A DNA stretch of 64,000 nucleotides from an uncultured bacterium (GCA_903857865.1 CAIOGO010000022.1:59176-123175); one strand, 5' to 3'. Shown: positions 44,889-55,896, counted from the stretch's first letter. The notes: generated by a model not told the origin, from the sequence alone. Numbers and translations are program-made.

Positions 44889-45949
44889 GTCTTCTGCAAC
44901 TCGATGAAGACATGACGGTCGACTGCGCGGCGCGACAGGACCTCGAACCCGGCTGCCTCCGCCAGTTGCTGATAGTAGGCTGCATCCCGACCTTCGGATG
45001 GCCAGCGAACGCCGTAGTTGTTCGAGATCGTCTCTCCGTCCGCCAGTTCTACGGTGACGGGGAAGATGGCGACGTCTTCGTCCTCGTTCGTGCGAGGGGG
45101 CAGGACTGTGTCCCAGATGAGGAAGCGGCCGCCGGGCGCGAGGACACGGAAGACCTCCTCGAAGACGCGCTGGTGGTCTTCGTTTCCCATGTACATGAGG
45201 GTGAAGAACGAAGTCGCTGTCTGGAGAGTGCTGTCGAGGAACTGGAGATCCCGAGCGTCCATCACGATCTTGAGCGGGCCGGCGGGTGCTTCCTCCAGTT
45301 CTTCCTTGAGGCGATCGATGGCGATGACCCGCTCGCCCGCGATGAGACCGATGATGCCTCCTCCGCCACCGCCGATGTCGAGGATGGTCCCGGAGGTCGG
45401 TAGGCCGTCCACGACAACGTGCTGGCGCTCGAAGGTGTGCGTTCGGTTGTCCGCATCCTCGCTGAGGCTCTTACGCATCTGGAAATCCCTAGTCTCGGTT
45501 GGCGCTTCGTCTTCCGCGAACCCCAGCTTCTTGTAGAGGGCACGCGCCGGAGCGTTGTCGGCGCGCACGTAGAGGACGACGTTGCGGATGCCATCCGCTT
45601 TCAGAGAGTCGAGCATCCGCTCGAGGATCGCGCGGCCCAATCCCCGGCCGCGGTGCGCCTCGTGCACGTAGATGTCGAAGAGCAGACACGTGTCTGCTGG
45701 TATGCCTGGGGCGACGCCAACCCAGACGAATCCAAGCTCCTCTCCAGTCTCATCCCGGGCGATCCGGAACGCGTGGTTCGGCGTGTCCATGCCATTCGGA
45801 AGGAGCATGGGAATCATCGCCTCGAGCTGGGCGCGCTCGGTCTCGGGATCGGTGCCATTCACCCAGGCACGATCCTTCGCCTGGCGCTCGGCCGAGAGCG
45901 CGAACCAGCGATCGAACTCCTCCCGAGTCGGTCGATCGAGATGGATCAT
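44885..45949 (-). CDS. GNAT N-acetyltransferase fused to class I SAM-dependent methyltransferase
   Basis: N-terminal GNAT motif (HRGRGLGRAILE); C-terminal GxGxG SAM motif (ILDIGGGGGG). Confidence 0.6.
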   Translation of the reverse strand: MIHLDRPTREEFDRWFALSAERQAKDRAWVNGTDPETERAQLEAMIPMLLPNGMDTPNHAFRIARDETGEELGFVWVGVAPGIPADTCLLFDIYVHEAHRGRGLGRAILERMLDSLKADGIRNVVLYVRADNAPARALYKKLGFAEDEAPTETRDFQMRKSLSEDADNRTHTFERQHVVVDGLPTSGTILDIGGGGGGIIGLIAGERVIAIDRLKEELEEAPAGPLKIVMDARDLQFLDSTLQTATSFFTLMYMGNEDHQRVFEEVFRVLAPGGRFLIWDTVLPPRTNEDEDVAIFPVTVELADGETISNNYGVRWPSEGRDAAYYQQLAEAAGFEVLSRRAVDRHVFIELQKT

Positions 45950-46048
45950 GCGGTGCCTCCCTGCCTCGTACGCAGCAGTCCGCCCAATGAGTCGCAGTCT
46001 TGTGGCCTGGGGTTCAATCGTGCCCACACGGGGGCTCAGCCGAGGCTC

Positions 46049-46636
46049 CTAGCCCCTCTTCAGGTCTTTGCCGATCTCGAACGCCTGGCCGATGCGTTCG
46101 TCGAGTGCCCAGTAGCTGTGGACCTGCTTCCCGCGACTCGGATCGGGTGCGTAGAAGAAGGGTTGGATGCGCGTCACGTCGGGGACTCTGTCCTGCGTAA
46201 ACTCCTCGTTTGCGTACACGGCAACGACTTCGCCGACGTACACGGTGTGAACAGGGCGCACGAGCGTCTGCACGACGCGACACTCGACGTTGACCGGGCA
46301 CTCTTGGATCATCGGCGCGGTCTTGAGCTCTCCGTAGAACGTCTCGAACAGCGTCGCCTTCTCGCCGGTTCGACCGCTCGTCATGCCGCAGAAGTCGACT
46401 TCCTTCACTTGGCCGGCCGTCGGCTGGTTGATGCTGAACGTGCGATTCTGTTCGAGCCCCGTCCTCGAGTACTGCTCGTGCCCGACCGAGATCGACATCA
46501 TGTCATAGCACAGCCACCCGATGAGGCCGATCGTGATGAAGTTCGGCTTGTCGTCGACGTTCACGCCGACGAGCATCGGGGTATACGGGAACACGAGATT
46601 CTTCACGGCTCGCAGCTCTAGCTTCTTCTTCTCCAC
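46049..46636 (-). CDS. flavin reductase family protein (FMN-binding split barrel)
   Basis: GTG start at 46636 with a GAGG RBS; flavin reductase-like domain pattern. Confidence 0.6.
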   Translation of the reverse strand: MEKKKLELRAVKNLVFPYTPMLVGVNVDDKPNFITIGLIGWLCYDMMSISVGHEQYSRTGLEQNRTFSINQPTAGQVKEVDFCGMTSGRTGEKATLFETFYGELKTAPMIQECPVNVECRVVQTLVRPVHTVYVGEVVAVYANEEFTQDRVPDVTRIQPFFYAPDPSRGKQVHSYWALDERIGQAFEIGKDLKRG

Positions 46637-46896
46637 GGAGCACCTCTGCCGCCATCGTACTGCGGACGGTCTCGCCACCGTCTCGGGTGCGCGCCCACAG
46701 GAGCTCGAGCCGCATGCTCTCGACTGCTCATGAGAAGGGGGCGGCTTGTGGCCGGCCTACATGAGGATATCCCTGTTTGCTTCCATCTCTCGTTCATACG
46801 ATGATGTATGTCGATGAGTTCCGGCGAGCGGGCGCGGCCAGACTGGATCCGCGGGCGACCCTCCCCTGAGGGAGGGCGACGGCCGGAACGAGGAGG

Positions 46897-49059
46897 TTGC
46901 CCGTGACGCCCTCTGTCACGCTTGTCGTAGCTCTTGTAGCGGGTTTCCTGTTCTTGTTCGTGATCCTGAAGTCGATCCGCAGCATCGGACCGACGGACGT
47001 AGGTCTCGTCCTGAAGCGCGTCAGTTTCAAGAAGCTCAAGGGCGATAACCCGATCGCGTTTCGCGGTGAGGCGGGGTACCAGGCGGATCTGCTTCGGGCC
47101 GGTCTGTGGTTCAAGCTCTGGCCTATCTACAAGGTCACCCGGCATCCGATGGTCCAGGTGCCGGCCGGCGAGATCGGTGTGGTGATTGCCCAGGTGGGAC
47201 AGAGCCTGGCGGAGGGACAGAAGTCAGGGATCTACAAGCCCGTATTCGGCGACTTCTCCGACGTCCGGGCGTTCGTCGAGAACGGCGGGCAGAAGGGTCC
47301 GCAGCGGCCGACGCTGCGCCCCGGGTCGGTCCTTGCCATCAACCCTGCCGCGTTTCTCGTGCGTACGGCAAGCGCCATGTACGGGCTCCCCATCTCCAAG
47401 GAGGCGCTCGAAAAGGTGCGGGCACTTCCCTCCGAACGGTTCAAGCAGGTGGTCATTCGTCCGCAGGTCATCGTGGGGTCATCCGAGCAGCAGGAGATCG
47501 GTGCCCTCCACGTCCACGACCAGCTCATCCAGAACGTCGAGAAACGCAACGTCTTCGCGGTAGATGAGGATGCGCGTCGCGGGACGCCACCCGCGGCGGA
47601 GGCGTCGTCGTCGAAGCCTTCGGCGGAACAGGTCTCCCGGTCCTTCAACGATCCGATGCGGGGCAAGGTGAAGTTGGTGGATGTGATCGGCATCGTGCGC
47701 GTCCATGAGGGCCCGCCGCTCGAGCCGGGCGACATCGCGTGCCGCATCGGCGGGTTCGACGATACTCGCAAGCGGGAGGAATCGGGAGCAACGGATTCCC
47801 AGCTTGCGGACTTGATCATGGATAGCAAGGTCAAGCTCCACGACAACTACCAGAACTTCCAAGCGTTCCTCGATGCCGGAGGAAGGATCGGCCTGCAGCA
47901 CGATCCCCTCTTGTATGGAACGTTCAACCTGAACCCGTACCTGGTCGAGGTGGAACTCGTCCCGATGCTCGTCGTGGAGCAGGGGCAAGTGGCCGTGATC
48001 AAGTCGTACGTCGGACTCGTTCCGCAAGACACGTCGGGAGAGGCGTTCCGCTTTGGCACGCTCGTCCGGCCCGGCCATCGAGGCATTTGGCAAGAGACGG
48101 TGCGTACGGGCAAGTACGCCATCAACCCGCGCTGCTACGACGCGGAGATCGTTCCCACCTCGATCCTTACGCTGAACTGGGCGACGCAGGTCTCGGAAGC
48201 CCACAAGCTCGACCGGCACCTGAGCCAGATCGTGGCCAAGAGCCGCGAAGGCTTCGTGTTCAAGATCGACCTGCAGGTGCAGATCCACGTGCCCGACACG
48301 ATGGCATCGCGCGTCATCTCCGCGGTCGGAACGATGCAGAACCTCGTCAACGAAGTCTTGCAGGCTGCCGTGGGGAACCACTTCCGCGATAAACTGCAGA
48401 GCATGCCGGCCATCCAGTTCATCGAGAACCGGCAGAAAGTGCAGGAGGAGGCGTTCCAGCACATCATGAAGCAGCTGCAGGTGTACAACGTTGACACCCG
48501 CGGCGTCTTCATTCAGGACGTCATTCTGCCCGAGGAGCTGACTAAGGTGCTCACGGAGCGCGAGATTGCGAACCAGCAGATCCTCACCCTGCAGAAGCAG
48601 CAGGCGGCGGAGACCGCGCGCATTTCGACCGAGCAACAGCGCGGATTGGCCGACCAGCAGGCGGCGTTGGCGCGATCGAGCGTCGGCATCGAAATCGCCG
48701 GGAACACCGCGGCCGCCAGGATGCAGGAGGCGCAGGGAGAGGCCACCTACCTGGAAAGAGTGGGAACGGCCAGGGGAGCCGAAGTGCGGGCCGTGGCGCT
48801 GGCCAAGGCCGACGGCTACCTGCGGCAGACCGAGGCTCTCGGACGAGACGGCACCACGCTCGTCAACGCGATCCAGGCGCTGGCTTCGAGCCAGCAGCCG
48901 TTCGTTCCCGAGGTGTACGTCTCGGGCGGTAGCGGCGGCGACCAGGGGGCGATGAGCGCGTTCTTCGCCTCCCTCACGGGCTTGGCGCGGGCCGGGAAGC
49001 TCGGCGAAGTGCTGTCGGCTGCTGGCGTCAAGGTGGAACCCGGCGAGAAGAAAGCCTAG
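46897..49059 (+). CDS. flotillin-like SPFH/band-7 domain protein
   Basis: N-terminal TM helix, SPFH domain, long coiled coil with Q/A-rich flotillin repeats. Confidence 0.8.
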   Translation: MPVTPSVTLVVALVAGFLFLFVILKSIRSIGPTDVGLVLKRVSFKKLKGDNPIAFRGEAGYQADLLRAGLWFKLWPIYKVTRHPMVQVPAGEIGVVIAQVGQSLAEGQKSGIYKPVFGDFSDVRAFVENGGQKGPQRPTLRPGSVLAINPAAFLVRTASAMYGLPISKEALEKVRALPSERFKQVVIRPQVIVGSSEQQEIGALHVHDQLIQNVEKRNVFAVDEDARRGTPPAAEASSSKPSAEQVSRSFNDPMRGKVKLVDVIGIVRVHEGPPLEPGDIACRIGGFDDTRKREESGATDSQLADLIMDSKVKLHDNYQNFQAFLDAGGRIGLQHDPLLYGTFNLNPYLVEVELVPMLVVEQGQVAVIKSYVGLVPQDTSGEAFRFGTLVRPGHRGIWQETVRTGKYAINPRCYDAEIVPTSILTLNWATQVSEAHKLDRHLSQIVAKSREGFVFKIDLQVQIHVPDTMASRVISAVGTMQNLVNEVLQAAVGNHFRDKLQSMPAIQFIENRQKVQEEAFQHIMKQLQVYNVDTRGVFIQDVILPEELTKVLTEREIANQQILTLQKQQAAETARISTEQQRGLADQQAALARSSVGIEIAGNTAAARMQEAQGEATYLERVGTARGAEVRAVALAKADGYLRQTEALGRDGTTLVNAIQALASSQQPFVPEVYVSGGSGGDQGAMSAFFASLTGLARAGKLGEVLSAAGVKVEPGEKKA

Positions 49060-49186
49060 AAAACGTTGGCCGCCGCGTTGAGTGGCAGCGCAAAGTGCTG
49101 TAGGGCCCCGCGCCGAGCGCGGGGCCTCTTCTTGCGCTGTCTCGCGCAGTTGGCTAGGCTCAGCTTGCGTCGCGAAGGAGGAGGAC

Positions 49187-50737
49187 ATGGCGGGTGGGGA
49201 AGCGAGCGGGACGAGGAAGTCGATCGCCATCATCGGCGGAGGCGTCGCGGGGCTGTGCGCCGGCTGCTACGCCCAAATGAACGGCTACGAAGCCACGGTT
49301 TACGAGATGCACAGCCTTCCCGGCGGCGTCTGCACCGCGTGGAAGCGGAACGGCTACACCGTCGACAGCTGCATCCATTGGCTGCTCGGCTCCGGTCCCG
49401 CGTCCGGGTTCCACAAGCTGTGGAGAGAAGTAGGGGCGCTTAGAGGACTCACGATCGTCGACCTTGACGAGTTCATGCGCGTCGAGTGTAAGGGAAGTCC
49501 CGCCCTCGTCTTCTATCGCGACGTCGATCGCCTCGAACGGCACCTGCTCGAGCTTGGACCCGAGGACGCGAAGCCGATCCGAGAGCTGACGAACGCCATT
49601 CGCAAGTTCACGCGATTCGACATGCCGGTTGACAAGGCGCCCGAGCTGTACACGGTGTGGGACAAGTTCCTGATGGGCGCGCGCATGGTGCCTCTCGGCC
49701 CGGCGTTCATGAAGTGGCGCAAGGTCACCGTCGCGGACTTCGCGAAGCGCCTGAAGAGCCCCGCTCTCCGCGAAGCGTTCGGGGCGATGCTTGGCGAGTT
49801 CGACTCCTTCCCGATGCTCGGCCTGATCATGCCGCTCGCGTGGCAAGAGATGAAGACGGCGGGGTATCCCCTCGGCGGCTCGATGCCGTTCGTCCGCAAC
49901 ATCGAGAAGCGGTTGCTCGATCTTGGCGGGCAGATACGATACTCATCCAGGGTATCGCAGATCCTTGTGGAGGAAGGCGTCGGTGGCTCTGTCGCTCGAG
50001 CGGTCGGGGTGCGGCTTGTCGACGGAACCGAGCACCGCGCCGATGTGGTCATCTCCGCCGCCGACGGGCGCACGACGATCTTCGACATGCTTGGCGGCCG
50101 TTTCGCAGACGACGCCGTGCGCAAGCCCTACGAAGGAGGCATGACGCCCTTCTCGCCGCTTCTCTATGTGGGCCTCGGTATCGCCGATCCTCTCGACGGC
50201 ATCCCGCAGGTCGGCTCAGGCATCAGCTTCCCGCTCGACCCGAAGGTCGAGATCGACGGAAAGGCGAGGGATCGGCTGTCGATGATGGTCTACAACTTCG
50301 ATCCCGCGCTTGCCCCCGCCGGAAAGACGACGGTCATCGTCATGATCAGCGCCGACTACGACCGCTGGAAGGCGCTGCGCGAGGATCCTGTGCGCTACCG
50401 CGCCGAGAAGGAGCTCGCGGCAGAGCGCGTCATCGACGCCCTCGAGCAGCGCATTCCCGGGATCCGGGCAAAGGTCGAGATGCGCGACGTCGCAACGCCG
50501 GTGACGTGGGAACGCTACACCGGCAACTGGCGCGGAAGCTACGAGGGCTGGCTGATGACCGGGCAGTCGCTCGGAAAGCAGATGTCGAAGACGCTTCCTG
50601 GGCTTTCCGGGTTCTACATGGTCGGCCAGTGGGTCGCACCCGGTGGCGGACTGCCGCCGGCAGTCTCCACCGGACGGCACGTCGTGCAGATCCTGTGCAA
50701 GAACGACGGCAGACGTTTCGTCGCGCTGGAGCCGTAG
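49187..50737 (+). CDS. FAD-dependent oxidoreductase, phytoene desaturase (CrtI)/amine-oxidase family
   Basis: GGGVAGLCAG dinucleotide-binding motif; strong RBS GAAGGAGGAGGA. Confidence 0.75.
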   Translation: MAGGEASGTRKSIAIIGGGVAGLCAGCYAQMNGYEATVYEMHSLPGGVCTAWKRNGYTVDSCIHWLLGSGPASGFHKLWREVGALRGLTIVDLDEFMRVECKGSPALVFYRDVDRLERHLLELGPEDAKPIRELTNAIRKFTRFDMPVDKAPELYTVWDKFLMGARMVPLGPAFMKWRKVTVADFAKRLKSPALREAFGAMLGEFDSFPMLGLIMPLAWQEMKTAGYPLGGSMPFVRNIEKRLLDLGGQIRYSSRVSQILVEEGVGGSVARAVGVRLVDGTEHRADVVISAADGRTTIFDMLGGRFADDAVRKPYEGGMTPFSPLLYVGLGIADPLDGIPQVGSGISFPLDPKVEIDGKARDRLSMMVYNFDPALAPAGKTTVIVMISADYDRWKALREDPVRYRAEKELAAERVIDALEQRIPGIRAKVEMRDVATPVTWERYTGNWRGSYEGWLMTGQSLGKQMSKTLPGLSGFYMVGQWVAPGGGLPPAVSTGRHVVQILCKNDGRRFVALEP

Positions 50738-50758
50738 CGTCGTGACGATTCGCTGAGT

Positions 50759-51803
50759 CTAGGGCAATCCCCAGATGCGGATTGGGGAGTTCCCGGTCCG
50801 GGACTCGTAGCGACCGCTTCCGTTCGCAAGCTTCGTCCCGTCGGGCGAGAACGCGACGGGCCCAGACGTCGTAGCCGGAACTCGAGAGCGTGGATACGGC
50901 CTCGCCCGTCGTGGGATTCCACAGGCCGAGTCTGCCGGCGGCCCCGGTCGTTGCGAGCAGGGTCCCGTCCGGCGACCACGACACGCCGCGCGTCCACGAG
51001 AGCGACACGCGGAAGCTCCGCACCTCGACCCTCTCCGCCGGGTCCCACAGGCGGACGTAGCCGTCGTGCCCGGCGGTGGCGATCTGTCGGCCGTCGGGCG
51101 ACCAGGCGACGCCGTTGATGTCGTTGCGGGCGTAGGTCGTGGCTCGGAGGACGGCAAGAGGCGCGCCGGTCGCTGCATCCCAGATCCGAAGCGCGAAGTC
51201 CAGGCCTCCCGACGCGAGTCGGGTGCCGTCCGGAGACCAGGCGATCGCGATGACCTCTGTGGACAACCCGCCTTCGACGTGTCCCGGCCACTCTGCGACG
51301 ATGCGCAGATCGCTCGAATCGAGGAGTACGATCGTGCCGTCGCCTTCGCCGAGGGCCAGCCGTGCTCCGTTAGGAGACCAAGCGACGCAGAGAGTGCACT
51401 GCACGAGGCGACCGAGCTCGGCCAGCATCTCGCCTGTCTTAGCGTTCCAGATGCGGACCATGCTGCCACAACGTACGGTGACGACGCGCGTTCCATCCGG
51501 CGACCATGCGACGCCCCACCGACTGGCCGTTCCCTCTTCCAGTATGAGGAGCGAGGTTCCCGTCTGAGCATCCCAGATGTGGGCCGTTCCGTCCGAGCTC
51601 CCCGTCGCGATGCGCGATCCGTCCGGCGACCACGCGATGGAGTAGACGGCGCCGAGATGGCCGGTCAGTTGGCTTGTCTCGACGACCTGGCCCGCCGACT
51701 GGGGTTCGATCACAGGACTCGCGGCTGTTGACGCTGCAGCGAGTGAGAGAAGGCCGATTGTGAGAACGAGACTCCACGCAGACTTCCGGATGGTCCGGGA
51801 CAT
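50759..51803 (-). CDS. secreted WD40-repeat protein with an apparent frameshift near 50890
   Basis: Signal peptide + ≥6 WD repeats (WSPDG…); the final repeat (…PVAFSPDGTKLANGSGRYESRTGNSPIRIWGLP*) is in a different frame (track ORF 50759..51571) from the rest (track ORF 50430..51920). Confidence 0.5.
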
Positions 51804-51983
51804 GCTCCTCCTTGGGAACGAACACATCTCCGCATGCTTGGGCACTGCCCCCACGTGCCGCCTGATGTCCCGCACCCCATGCTGCAGGGAGTTTCTACGC
51901 GAGAACCGCCACAGGTGCAAGGAGTCCCGGCACGGAGACCCGGAATACCCGAGGTCTCACAGCTTGCGAATTCGTCCCTGGGC

Positions 51984-53351
51984 CTAGGGGCTCGTCATGC
52001 GAGCGTCAAGCGTTCCAAGGCCGCGTGTGGAGAGGTAGAAGGGCTTCGCCGTCCCCTTCGCGAATCCGCTGTGGTAGGGAGTCTCCTTGCCTGCCGCGGC
52101 TCGCTGCGCGAAATAGCTGTAGAAGCTCATCGCTTCGCGGGAGAGAAGGGCGTCAGAGACGATGATCGTCGCGACCCGGAACGCGTGGGGGCTGTGCGCT
52201 GCGTCCGGCACACGCGCCCCGACCTGCCGAACGATGTCCTGAATCGTCACCGTCTGGAGTTGCCCCTGCCATGTTCCGCCCCCGCACAAGGAGAAGAGGT
52301 CGGTTGACGTCGTTCCGCGCGGGAAGACCACGTGAGTCCCGACTTGGTCTGCAGGGAGGAGGCCCATCAGATAGAGGTCCAGGTCCGTGAAGACAGGGGC
52401 GTCGTAGCGCTGCGTCAGCGTCGCTCCTCCCGCGGCGGGAGTCACGACGCACGGGAACTGAAGTCCTTGTCCGCTTTCTGACTCTGCGAACCCCATGATG
52501 CCACTTGCGAGGTCGGAGAGAGGCCAGTGGGGGATCGCGTAGTTGAGCGGCGCGAAGGGGAGAAAGTTGACCCACTGATGTCCAAGCTCGTGCTGGAACG
52601 CGGCCTCCGCCGGGTCGAAGAGGTTACCGTTGGGGAACATCGTGATTCCGAGGAGCCGCCCCGCGCTTCCGTAGGTCCGCGAGGTGTCAAACGGCGTGAT
52701 GCCAATCCCGCGCACGTCGCTCTTCACTGCGAAGTGGTAGCGATTCTGAAAGTAGCCAGGGACTGCGATGACGCTCACAAAGTCGAAGTCGTCGGCGAAG
52801 AGGTCGTAGAAGCGGCGGAGAACGGACGTGATGTCGAACCCGTTCGTCAGGACGAAGTCGCGGTCGACGAGGTTCACGAGGTAGTCCGTACGCTGGGCGT
52901 CGGATGCGATAGATGTCACGGCGAGAAGCGGGATGTCATTCGTCAGGACGTCGGCGAACACGTTGCCTCGGGTCGCGAGCGTGGTGCCGTCGTAGACTTC
53001 GACGTAGCCGACCTCAGCGCGAAAGACGTCATCTGGTTTCAAGAGCGGCACGATGTCCGAGGCCGCGAGGCTGAGAGTGTAGACACTGTCACCGCGGACG
53101 CGATCGCCGCCCGTTCCGTCGTCACGTAGAGTTCGATGGATCGTCGACCCATCCGGTGCGTTGAGAATGAGCACGACGCGCGTTGGCGACCCCGTCACCT
53201 TCACCTCGTAGAGGACGTTGCCCGCGAGCCCCGACGGGATCACGAGCGGATCGAACGCGGAGTAGACAAGTCCAGGTGAAGCTACCGCCATACCCCCAAT
53301 CCAGCTCATCCCGAGGCCGACCATGCACGCCCACACTACGTTGCGTCTCAT
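51984..53351 (-). CDS. secreted putative zinc metalloprotease (HExxH)
   Basis: Signal peptide MRRNVVWACMVGLGMSWIGGMAVA; HELGHQW motif; start at 53351 (track ORF extension spurious). Confidence 0.55.
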   Translation of the reverse strand: MRRNVVWACMVGLGMSWIGGMAVASPGLVYSAFDPLVIPSGLAGNVLYEVKVTGSPTRVVLILNAPDGSTIHRTLRDDGTGGDRVRGDSVYTLSLAASDIVPLLKPDDVFRAEVGYVEVYDGTTLATRGNVFADVLTNDIPLLAVTSIASDAQRTDYLVNLVDRDFVLTNGFDITSVLRRFYDLFADDFDFVSVIAVPGYFQNRYHFAVKSDVRGIGITPFDTSRTYGSAGRLLGITMFPNGNLFDPAEAAFQHELGHQWVNFLPFAPLNYAIPHWPLSDLASGIMGFAESESGQGLQFPCVVTPAAGGATLTQRYDAPVFTDLDLYLMGLLPADQVGTHVVFPRGTTSTDLFSLCGGGTWQGQLQTVTIQDIVRQVGARVPDAAHSPHAFRVATIIVSDALLSREAMSFYSYFAQRAAAGKETPYHSGFAKGTAKPFYLSTRGLGTLDARMTSP

Positions 53352-53503
53352 GCTACGCTCCCCCCTTCGCACTGCCCGAAGAATAGTGGAGGCGTCCCTC
53401 CAAGCCAATGGCGGCGCTCGGGCGCCGCACGCGAGCCCGAGGGCGAGGTGAGCTTGTACAATGCCGGCGACATCACCATCCCCGAATACACAAGGAGCGC
53501 AAT

Positions 53504-54973
53504 ATGGCCGACGAGGCGACGAAAGAGGACGCGAAGAAGGCGGACGAGGGCAAGGACAAGAAGAGGAAGCTCCTCGGCATCGCACCGGTTGAGACGCACC
53601 ATGAAATGCAGCTCGGGGGGCGGACTCTGAAGTACACGGCGCGCGCCGGCGCCATTCCACTCAAAGACGAGTCCGACGAGACGGAAGCCGAGATCTTCTT
53701 CACGGCCTACGAGCTCGAGGGAGTCAAGGACCGCGCGGCCCGCCCTCTCACCTTCGCCTTCAACGGCGGGCCCGGCTCCGCGTCGATCTGGCTCCACATG
53801 GGCGCTGTGGGGCCGAAGCGCGTGGTGATGGAGAAGGAAGGCTGGATGCCCCGGCCGCCGTTCCGCTACGAAGACAACGCGCAGACGTGGCTTGATCAGA
53901 CCGACCTCGTGTTCATCGATCCTGTCGGGACCGGGTTCAGCCGCGCGGCGAAAGAAGAGCTGGACAAGAAGTTCTGGGGCTACAAGGGCGACATCGAATC
54001 GGTCGGGGAATTCATCCGGCTCTACCTGACGCGCTACGCGCGCTGGACATCGCCGCTCTTCCTCGCCGGCGAAAGCTACGGCACGACGCGCGCCGCCGGG
54101 CTCGCCGGGCACCTCATCGAGCGCGGGATCGCGTTCAACGGAATCGTCCTCATCTCGTCCGCGCTCGATTTCAACGCGTTCCATTTCTCGCGGGCGAACG
54201 ACCTTCCCTACGCGCTGTTCGTTCCGACCTACACAGCCACGGCGTGGTTCCACAAGAAGCTCTCGCCTGCGTTGCAGCAGAAGCCGATCGCGGAGCTGGT
54301 CGCCGAGGTAAAGGCGTGGTCTGAGAACAAGCTGGCGGCGGCGTTGATGAAGGGCGACCGGCTCGACGACGCGGAGAGAAAGGCTTTGGCGAAGAAACTC
54401 GCGGACTACACCGGACTTGACCCCGAGTACGTGCTCGGCACGAATCTGCGCGTCGACATCTTCCGCTTCTGCAAGGAACTGCTGCGCGGTGAGCGCCGCA
54501 GCGTCGGGCGCATCGATTCCCGCTTCAAGGGCGTCGAGGCGCTGGCGGTGACTGAACTCCCGGAGTTCGACCCGTCGATGCTGGCGATCACGCCTCCGTA
54601 TGCCGCGGCCCTCAACCACTATGTGCGAACGGAACTCGGGATCGAGACGGATCTGGTCTACGAAGTGATGAGCGGCAAGGTGAACGAAAAGTGGCAGTGG
54701 GAGAACGGCCAGATGCCTGCGACCGGCGAGGAAGTGCGCACGGCCATCGCCAAGAACCCGTACATGAAAGTCCTTGTCGCGCAGGGGTATTACGACCTCG
54801 CGACGCCCTTGTTCGCGACCGAATACATGATCAGCCACATGAACATCGACGCGAAGCTGCGCGCGAACATCGGGATGACGTACTACGAGTCAGGGCACAT
54901 GTTCTACCTCGACGTCGATTGTCTCGCGGCCTTCAAGGCCGATGTCGATCGGTTCATCAAGGAAGCCGCGTAG
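53504..54973 (+). CDS. S10 family serine carboxypeptidase
   Basis: GESYG catalytic-Ser motif; AAGGAG RBS 6 nt upstream of the ATG. Confidence 0.8.
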   Translation: MADEATKEDAKKADEGKDKKRKLLGIAPVETHHEMQLGGRTLKYTARAGAIPLKDESDETEAEIFFTAYELEGVKDRAARPLTFAFNGGPGSASIWLHMGAVGPKRVVMEKEGWMPRPPFRYEDNAQTWLDQTDLVFIDPVGTGFSRAAKEELDKKFWGYKGDIESVGEFIRLYLTRYARWTSPLFLAGESYGTTRAAGLAGHLIERGIAFNGIVLISSALDFNAFHFSRANDLPYALFVPTYTATAWFHKKLSPALQQKPIAELVAEVKAWSENKLAAALMKGDRLDDAERKALAKKLADYTGLDPEYVLGTNLRVDIFRFCKELLRGERRSVGRIDSRFKGVEALAVTELPEFDPSMLAITPPYAAALNHYVRTELGIETDLVYEVMSGKVNEKWQWENGQMPATGEEVRTAIAKNPYMKVLVAQGYYDLATPLFATEYMISHMNIDAKLRANIGMTYYESGHMFYLDVDCLAAFKADVDRFIKEAA

Positions 54974-55076
54974 AAGAAGTGCGACGCCGCCGGATGCCTG
55001 GCGGCGTCGCGGAGAGGTACGGTGTGCTTCGAGAGGGCGGCCGGATCCACAGGTCCAGCCGCCCCTTCTTCGGGTC

Positions 55077-55748
55077 CTATGGCGTAGTCTGGTCGGCGTC
55101 GGGCGCGACGATCCGACGGAGAAGGAGTTCGTCGAGCCTCTGTGTCAGCGCTTCGAGGCGCGCGACGAGTTGCGGAAGCTTCGGGCCGCTCGGCTCCGCG
55201 GCGTTCGCCTTCTTTGCGACGCGTGTGAGTTGCGCGGCTAGGGCTCGGGCGAGGTCGTGGGCCGCGCGGTCGAAGCGCTCGGCGTCGCGGGCGCTCATCC
55301 CGGACGCCGCGGCGGCGACATACCCGTCAACCCACGTGCGGAGTTCGTCGAGCGTCATCCGCGCCTTGGCGCGCTCAGGACGGTCGCGAGATTCTCCCAC
55401 GATCTCCTCAAGCAGCGCGACGAGGCGGTGGAGCGTCAGGTTGAGCCGGACGACACCCCTGGGGGACGCGGGGTCCTCGCTCTCGTCGCCGAGCGACGCG
55501 AGCACGTCCTCGACGAGCCTCACCGCTTCCTCAACGCGCTGTTCGAGCCGGTTGGCGGCCGGCCGGTCGACGGCCGCGAGCTCCGTCTCGAGGCGAGTGA
55601 GCAGGCCGGCCAGACGTTCGAGAGTGACCTCGAGCGGGCGGGGTTCGTTGGCCGCCGCGTCCTCCGCGGCGAGGACGGGAAAGACCGCCAGCAAGGACAA
55701 GACTACGATGGCGAGCGCCGCAATCTTCGTTCTGGACATTCTTCGCAT
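55077..55748 (-). CDS. secreted alpha-helical hypothetical protein
   Basis: Signal peptide; Ala/Leu/Glu/Arg-rich coiled-coil-like sequence. Confidence 0.4.
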   Translation of the reverse strand: MRRMSRTKIAALAIVVLSLLAVFPVLAAEDAAANEPRPLEVTLERLAGLLTRLETELAAVDRPAANRLEQRVEEAVRLVEDVLASLGDESEDPASPRGVVRLNLTLHRLVALLEEIVGESRDRPERAKARMTLDELRTWVDGYVAAAASGMSARDAERFDRAAHDLARALAAQLTRVAKKANAAEPSGPKLPQLVARLEALTQRLDELLLRRIVAPDADQTTP

Positions 55749-55896
55749 AGTTCCTCCTAGCGTCGGGGGACATCCCCAGATGCCGACCGCACGGTAGGGT
55801 GTTCGGCGTCGCGTCGGAATCGTCAGACGGTCAACAATCGATCAACGCACGCTGACGCTCCTTGCCGGGAGCACGGAACCGCCCTACCCTCTCAGC

